Source of the DNA: Phoronis australis
Taxonomy: Eukaryota; Animalia; Phoronida
Length of the DNA stretch: 64,000 nt
NCBI GenBank assembly: GCA_002633005.1
Contig: NMRA01000084.1
Location: forward strand, 358,320-422,319
Reading direction: 5' to 3'
Shown: one piece after another, positions 55,301 through 64,000 of the stretch
How the letters are laid out: every line of letters starts with the position of its first letter
Numbering within the stretch: the stretch's first letter is position 1
Program-made: the position numbers and the translations under genes
The notes under the pieces: model-generated
What the model saw: only the letters and a program-made list of their open reading frames with translations
What the model was told of the DNA's origin: nothing
The model's database searches: none

Positions 55301-58300
55301 GTTCTCCTGAAAAAAGTGACAACATAACAAGTTGCCCATCATGCGAGGCAAATGGTACTTAAAGTGTTCAATAGGATAATGAAACGGTCTACCATTCATG
55401 CAGTAGACTTTTATAAAGATTATCAAACTTGCAATGTCGTAACTGCAGATAATTCCCTTTATGTGCAGGCATCTCGGTTGATAGGAGAACATATTAAGAA
55501 AATATTCCTTGTAATTATTTTTAGGTAATTCTGTTCGAACTCGAGAAATTACAAAGTGTTGTTATGGTACTTAGGGGAGTTAGGAAATCCCAGGATATAA
55601 ATACTAAAGATGACAAGACGAATGTTTGTTTCTCTCGCTATTCTGTGGTCGTTGATCAAATTGTACGTTCGGGCATCTCTTACTTAGTATGGGCTACTGC
55701 CATCTAGAACTTCGGCCGGATTAATGTTAAAGCCCCAACGTTTGCAAATCGTAAAGCTAACAAGAAAAACCTAGGTTTGTTAACTATGCAAAATATGTAC
55801 AACGAACACATGACTTGTGTTAGTGTCGTCGTGTACAGGTGCATGACTACATATTCATGCAGATGCGTGTCGATTATGGTGTTTGTATACGTATCTGTTC
55901 ATCTGTATTGTACTGTTTCTGTATTTCATCTGTTTATACGAATAAACACATCTGTTTATACGAATCAGATGATGTGTGAATTTGGGGTTCAGTTTTGGTC
56001 CCCTCCACACGATTGCTCGACCTTGCGGTGAACTGGTCGCCCAAAGATTTCATAAGTTCAAAAACTCGCAGCATAGTTTGAAATTGAAGTAGTCTACTTT
56101 AGGGTATCATCGTAAATGGACACAAATCATGTAATTGCTTCACTACACGCTTAGCACTTACGGTGTTTTGATACCGTCAATTACATAGAATGCTAACTGA
56201 TGAGATTGATATTAGCTTTCTACCACACAGAGAAATTAACTACTGAGAAAATTGAAAAACCATATCTACACTGGGATCGTACGATGGAGAATAGACATGT
56301 CTGTCAGTAGATTTTCTAGTTTGATTTGTTTTTCTAACAAATATTTTATCTCAAGTATCGGGCAATTATTTAGAACTTAATATAACTTAGATTGGTTAGA
56401 GATCGGCATTAGATATATCTAATAGACTATGGATGTTAAGTAAGATTTAAATGGTAATCCGAATGTGGAGTTAAATTAGAGCTTCTTTATTCACCACCTA
56501 TCCAAAACAATAAATTAAATCCACATCTCCAGTTTTGAGACATTATGAACGCAATCTCATTGGTGACCAAAATTGTCTACACTTTTTGTAAGATTGGGTT
56601 GTTCTGTTACTCTTCCGTTTCCTTTTATCAGCTGCATTCTTCAAATAACAGCTGACCTAATTAAATGCGCTGTTAATTTGTTAGCTACGCGATGAAAGTG
56701 ACAATGGAGCAAGTAATCAAACCGCGTAGCGCTATACAGAATGTTACACACACGAACACAGATTTCTGATACCGTGATTAATTGAGCCCGTCAAAACATC
56801 AACAAAAATTAATGAATATTCATTTCAGTAGCTGCGTCTAAAACATTAGATAAAATGGAATTAGTCTCTCCTCTGAGCGGTTGCAGCAACGTAAACTATT
56901 TGTCGGGAGCCAAGATGGTTGTTCACAAGAGTAGTTTTACATTTTATTTTCTATCGGTTCCATGGTTGAACACAATATCAATATGCCTGCACATCTTTTG
57001 CATAACGTTTCTCGTGTATTCATTTTCTTTGTATCAATAGTAACACTTTGTGTCGCATATTTTCTACAGTCATCAGTCTAAATCAGATCTTGCAACTACA
57101 GACGACTGCTGGCTGTCAATTGAGAAGGCACGTGCAGTTAGTATTTTAGCTGCATGTTTATGAGAAGTGAAAGACGTCCAATGAAAATTTCAATTCATCA
57201 CCAGTGCTGATTAAGACTTTTTAATTTATTCTTGTTGTCGAGCATTCTTTATTTTTAGTAACGTTTTCCGTGTTAAGCCCTCTGCCAGGATATTGAAATC
57301 AAAGTTAATGTTGTCCTTTGGTGAAAGTATAAACATACACAATCTTCGGTCATATTAAAAGATACAGGAGGATATTTTCAGTGACATCAAAGTTCATTTG
57401 CGCGTGTCTGTGACCTCTTCTTGCATGCTTAGCCTTCCCAACCGTGAAAAACTTGTGTCCACCCGTAGAGACCGTTTTACTTGCAGCACTGGGTGGAAAG
57501 GCTTTGTAACCGGCAACATTATCATTTCATGCTATTTGAACTATTGTTCGCCGATGTCTATTAGAACCCCTATTTAACAAGTTAGCCCTATAATTTAAAA
57601 GCTGACAATCGCGGAAGTCGATATGCAGGTGTGTATACAGAGAAGGTGAAGTTTGCAACTACACATACTGGGTTAGTTGTGAGAGTGTACGTGTAAAGTT
57701 TTTCATTCTAGAAATGGATTTCGGATATGCCATGGCTTAAGAAAATTACATGCACGGACACTGATACCTGGCAAACTGGCACAGACAATTCTGAATTGCT
57801 ACACAATGCAGAGCGTTACTGTGCAAATGTCTTACATTTAGTCAAAGTCAGATCAGAGCCTGACCCACGGACATCGCACCACAGGGGGCTGTAGGGGGTG
57901 GGTATAGCCCCCACTTTTGTCAGTGCTGAGCCGCCTGAAAGTGACCGCTCTGTTGAGCTCACTTACGTTTGTAAAAGCGAAATTGTCCTAAAAATGTGCC
58001 TGTCGTTATGTAAGTAGTCATTCGAAAGTCAGTGGGCAACACATGGGAAAATCATTGAACGAATTTTGAAAGTTTTCATAGCCCACCCAGCTGGCTTGCT
58101 GTTTTTCTACACAACTGTAGTAAACGAATGCCTATAGATCATCTCAACACATTAGGGGGTTCAGCCTGGTGTATATACATGCATGTATAAGACAGTAGCA
58201 AGCCTTTAATCTCTTTGATAGGCCAACCAGTTACATGTGGTATTAGGGGTTGTGATAATTTCTTAAGTAGTACCTTATGAATTTCACGATTACGAAAAAG

Positions 58301-58539
58301 GGCATTTCATAAACTTGGAACTTAGATAATTCCAAATAATGACTGTGAAAACACACCACGTGTCCCGAGGACTGCTCAATGAACGATGCACAGCATGGCG
58401 GCTTAGATCAAAGACTTTAGAAACCGTCTCGCTACCATTGGCCAGAGACGATGTTACGTTTGGAGGTTTGATTAAAAATCCAGTGGCGACTAATAAAATT
58501 ACATGTTGTGTCATGGCTTTCTTGTCATCTGGACCGTCT

Positions 58540-58603
58540 GCCCGGAGGCGTCTGCACTCGGACAGGGCACAGCCCGGAGACGTCTACACTCGGACAGAAC
58601 ACA
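58540..58603. repeat. 32-bp GC-rich tandem duplication
   Basis: GCCCGGAGGCGTCTGCACTCGGACAGGGCACA followed by GCCCGGAGACGTCTACACTCGGACAGAACACA. Confidence 0.9.
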
Positions 58604-58672
58604 GCCGGTGCATAAGCCAAAACTGAATTGGCGATGACTAAATTATTGTTGATTGTCTTTGGAAATTTGTTG

Positions 58673-58888
58673 TATAGTATATATGCTTCCATACGACGTA
58701 GACTTTTTCGTGCTTTCATTGCCCTAATACTTGAACTATCTATGTTAGTTCAAACCTTATTTCCAAAAAAAAATCTTCGGAATGTTTTCTATAGTACATG
58801 TGCTTCCATACGACGTAATCTTTCCAGCCTTCATTGTCCTAATTCTTGAACTATCAATGTTAGTTCAAGCCTTATTTTCAAAAAAATC
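58673..58888. repeat. ~100-bp direct duplication (period 117 bp), each copy carrying an 8-bp hairpin
   Basis: Copies at 58673-58775 and 58790-58888 share TGCTTCCATACGACGTA, TTCATTG and TTGAACTATC.ATGTTAGTTCAA.CCTTATTT. Confidence 0.92.
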
Positions 58889-61627
58889 GTATGTCCAGAA
58901 GGTAGTACGAACAGTTTTGTGATAGACGGTGCTTATCTCAAGTTCGAAACACGAATGGTATTGTTACGAAATATACACTTTAGTCTACAGAAAGCAGGGT
59001 CCATGTTTGTTCTGTAAGATTCTCTTGGATATATGGATATAACATTTTTGTTCTGTTTCAAAATATGATGGTCAGCGATGAGTGGTTCCAATTCATTGTT
59101 CATATAATTTGTTTTGTCGTGTCGTGTGGGGATCTGGTACAGGGATAGGGCACCCCGTAAAATGACTCGATTGCTGGCAAAGTAGCGCGGAAACTTTTCA
59201 TGTACAGTAGGTAGATGGATGGGTGATTTTCACCAGTACCCTCCGGAACATTGATAACAGGACTGGTCGCTGCATTGGTACTCTCTAATTCAATTGTAAG
59301 CCTTCAGACAGCCGTTACCGCAGAGTGAAAGTCATTCTATTTTGTCGTAAACGGTGACTTACCGGAACTCGTTAGTTTGTAAGGGCGCATCTTATAACCA
59401 CTCGCCTTCTTCTGTGCACAGTACGTTTGATATGGTAATAAGAGTTCACTGTTTTGCTCGCTTAATCTCTTTCAGCTAAAAACGTTAACGAAGGAGGAAG
59501 TGGGAAATTTATCAATAAAAATTTTGCAACCTTAAATCTGGCAAAACGGAAAGAATTTAAACTGAGTGTTTCTAAGAGAGTTGATCTCATTTAATGGAGA
59601 ACCATAAATTAAGAGTAAATTTTAAAGATATTTTTGAATGGAGATTTGTACTTACCAGACCTAGTTTGGAAACCTGTATATTTGTGTATGTGCGTGAGTG
59701 TATACATATGCGCTGCTCAAATACCCAGATTTCAAATACACACGTATCCACATTTGCATGTAAATGGCTAGAAAATAGGCCCCTACGTTATCTACCTGTA
59801 CACCGCTAAGAGTACAAGTTCTAAATAGATTAAACCAGTTGTCCATGCCTATCTTCCGTAAAGGTACACTATATTTGGAAAAATATATATTGAAAACCTT
59901 TCCGTCCGGGGTGCGAAGACGCACGGACATGTGGGTGGAAAGATGCTGACACCGTCCACAGCCATTTTAAAATCCACCTGTCCTCGAAACTAAGGAATAT
60001 ACAGACATTCAATGATGCTAACCTAATGACACATCACGATGTTATCGAGCTAGACCGGGTGCGTCATTCCACGTCTTCGCCCATAGTTTATTTGTGTAAT
60101 GGGCACCTTTTTAAAGAATCAAAAATGTTGTGAATGCCCTTCAAGTAGGGAAACGGAGTGAAGCAACTGACTCTTAGCTCATCTAATGAGCTGTGCATTT
60201 CAGCGTTTTTTCTAGGCTATTAACCGAATTCTACTCCACCGCAGTGCGTGCGATTCAATAATTCATCAGTGAACGAGAGCTCGAATCGGTTACACGTGTA
60301 TGGGGGGCATCCGAAAAAAGTGAGTTGGGCTAGTTGATAGCTGTTGAATCCTGGTAAAATTAATATGTCGTTGCAGAAACTGCAAACGGGATTAACACTT
60401 GAGTTAATTAGGAAATAATGAGCTCATGCAACGTTACTGATGACTTCCAACAGGAGCGCCTATCAACCCATTAGATGATCAGCCGTTTGTGTCATTCAAC
60501 TAGCTGTACATGAACTTATCCCAGACCACACTCCATAAATCATATCTAAACCATACTGGCCGCAGTGTCTCTGTGTGTGCGTATGAACCAAAATGAACAC
60601 GGAATCACAGATAATGTAGGGGTGTTGGAACAAGAATCGCGGGGGTGATAGTTGGTTTGATCTCGTTAACCACACAGGGGATCAAGGCTGCAAAATCCGC
60701 GGTCAACCGTCTCTCTTGCTTAGCCGCGTTTTCCATATTTTAAGACAACAGTCGATAAATCATACAGTTATGCATTGAGTAGTTAACTTCTTCTGGCGGC
60801 ACACGCCCAGGTCGTTTTTTGGTTTCGATGACAAGCAGAAAGCATTTAGGGGTAAACGAAAACAGGGATGCGCTCATCACAAAAGCCTGATGGGCATTGC
60901 TGAAGACACGCCTGTATTTTGGGAGTACCCAGAGGCTTTAGTATTGCATCCATGCATGCAGTTCAAACTTGGGCACGTTAACTAAATAACTGCATGTAAC
61001 AGCGATGCAAACGGATAAATGAACAATGGTGTGTGGAAATCCATGGGGCGGAGACGAGCGAGGATTTCCGTCAAAGCATGCTTGCGAATTCAATTAATGC
61101 TAGTCTCATCACCCTTGTTCATTGGTAGTCATAAAATGAACATGCATGCAGGTATTAAAAAGGCTGGCATAACATCGTACTACCATGTGGAACTACAAAT
61201 TCCGCGTGTACATCCATGCGGGCCCCGTACATGACATTGTTCACACGAGGAAACCCCATGGTGCAGGCAACATCTAACAGACTGGTTGAAAGCACATGCG
61301 CCTGACCGTCTATTATTACAGAAAGTAAGAACAACGCAGTGCTGTCATGAAGTGGAAAGTCCGTTTTATTTTCAAACCTCCTTTGACAAACACATGTGAT
61401 CCCGTGTGCTGCGTAAGCCACTGACGAATTCCCAAAGCGAAATCTCCAGTCATCGGTGACTATTTGGACATCATCTAAATAGATAATTTTCAATGCAGTT
61501 TTTGGAGCTTTGATTATTGAAATAAATCAAAATAATGCCCACGCAGACATGCCCCCGGTCATATTAACGGTTTGCCGCCTTTCTATCTCAGTACAATTCA
61601 GTAACGTCGTTGCATCGATTTGATGTC

Positions 61628-63469
61628 TTTATTTTCTTATTGTCGGATACCTTGAAATACCCTGCAGACGTACTTGTGTAAATTGTTAAATTATAGCTTC
61701 ACCCAAAGTTTGTAACAATTCAATCCATCTCGTCGGAATGGCATACTGTGGCCAGTGAACAAATGCAAATGACAGTGGACCCAAGTTCGACCTCGCTGTG
61801 TAAAAAGCACACAGCGTTGTAATTGCAGTTTAGAACTCTATATTTGTAAGGTTCACAAGTAGCTCGAATGCAGGATATTCTTTCCGAAAGTTACACGTGT
61901 ATATGAAAGTGCTGTGCGCTAGATTCCATAAACCGTGCGTTGGAAGTATGCTTCAAGTCTACAGGTTTTTGAAACATTTCTTTTACAAGGTTAGACTCAA
62001 GAAATAGTACCAATATTGAAACGAGACACTTCCCACAAGAAAAAGAAACCGTAAAACTTCCGTGCAGCATTATCCCGATGTCAACACGACTTTGAGTATT
62101 TTAAATAGCAACTAGCCACAGTTTAGGTTAGAATAGAACAAAAAAGGTTCATTGGCATAATTGTCTAAAGAATAAGACTGTGCTTAACATGTCAGTCTTG
62201 TTGTAGTAACAACATCTGTATATCTTGAAGAACAGTGAACATGTGACTCGTGAATTAGAATTGCAAAACTGTTGAGAGAAGCGTGAACTAAAAAAGTATT
62301 ACCTGACTATTTACATGATCTCTTGCAAAACACCCATTTACAAAATCTCCAGAACCTATAAAACAGCAGTATTTCATAAGAGAGCCAACACAGTTTTCAC
62401 GATTCCATGCAATTTTGTTCGAGACTCGACAGAAAGTGTCGCCGAATTTAACGGACATATTATAATGCTAACATCTCAAACGTATTACTTTCTGAGTTCG
62501 TCCAGAAATGTTCAACCAGTATTTTCTTCTTCTCAAAACCGATAAAATATAAATACAATATATACATACGTCATAAACAAACAAACAAACATATACATAT
62601 TTACACGATACAACAGACTTGAGCACAACAACTATGTTAGCACTGAGATTAAAGAACAGTCCTTGATCGCCAGGTGGTCACATGACCTCCTGCCGTCATC
62701 AGTTGAGGTATGATCACTTAATGAATTATGAAATACGTTGAGTCTGCTTTTCACAACTATGTCATCGCAAACAATCTTTGATACCGCTTCAGGGTATGTG
62801 GTTTGGACAGAATATTGTTATCCCTATCAAGGGACTGAGGATGCGAATTAAACGAATATCGAATAATGATGTCGCCTTGCTGTCTTTAAAAAAATTCTCC
62901 AGACCACATACATGTGTGAAAGCGAAAAGTTAACTTCAAACTGACATGGGACTTTTTGAACGATCGGTAACGTGCGCAGCAAGTGCATGAACGCTCATGT
63001 ACATTTCCGTAAGGTGAGTGGTGGAGAACTGTTATTTTCTGAACAAACAGAATATTCTTCAAATTTCACGCGTTCAGAGAACCATTCTCTACTGTTGGCA
63101 CTGTGCGACACCACCTTATCGCACAGACTCGTCTCATTAGATGGTATCATGGAAGCTCTATCAGTTTACAAGAAAACTTCAAAGAAAATTCGAGTGCCTT
63201 CAACTGAAGATATCTAGTTATAACAAGTTGCCACTTCGAACCGTAAATCATCGTCTTCCACGGCACAATTAGGAACCAGATGCCATAGACTTCCTCCAGC
63301 GATGCCTGACGTTAGCAAAAACAAACTGCAGATTTGCTGACAACGGTGGATAACAAAATAGCAATGCAAGGGCTGGCTGGAGAAGAATCCAGTGCAACCC
63401 GCGCTTGGTCACCTCCAGAGATCACTCTGTGTAAATTTGAAGAGTTGCACTATGCAACTTCTAGAACGT
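61628..63469 (-). other. Lox5: Predicted Lox5 3' UTR (~1.85 kb) ending at AATAAA 61633-61628
   Basis: First minus-strand AATAAA that I found downstream of the TAG stop. The interval contains three UGUAHAUA elements and a miR-10 site. A non-canonical earlier signal is possible. Confidence 0.45.

Positions 63470-64000
<531 letters not shown>

Noticed and set aside
61347-61358. ATG AAG TGG AAA (MKWK) on the plus strand as a possible homeobox remnant
   Set aside because: Upstream codons read *EQRSAV, with no WFQNRR similarity.
679-63217. Remaining 60-155 aa ORFs in the track
   Set aside because: Short, often with non-ATG starts, composition typical of AT-rich non-coding DNA, and no recognisable domains.

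Overview
Eukaryotic, AT-rich, almost entirely non-coding DNA from the middle of an animal Hox cluster. All recognisable genes are on the minus strand. Left to right: (i) a complete two-exon Hox4/Deformed gene (exon 1 29217-29589, 13.4 kb phase-1 intron, homeobox exon 15521-15786, which the ORF track misses; 212 aa with YPWM and LPNTK motifs); (ii) a canonical miR-10 hairpin about 1.5 kb upstream of the Dfd start codon; (iii) the homeobox exon of Lox5 (63470-63744), whose KLTGP peptide marks the animal as a spiralian/lophotrochozoan. By eye I find no Hox5/Scr homeobox or YPWM exon in the ~30 kb between miR-10 and Lox5, so Scr appears lost or moved, as reported for phoronids. The most interesting signals are regulatory: two tandem 8mer miR-10 sites just before the Dfd poly(A) signal and a similarly placed site in Lox5, orphan copies of the Dfd CCAAT/E-box promoter module in the Scr gap, a perfect DR5 element upstream of Dfd/miR-10, and a near-perfect 70-nt hairpin. 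The other listed ORFs look spurious. All motif searches were done by eye, with no database or folding software.
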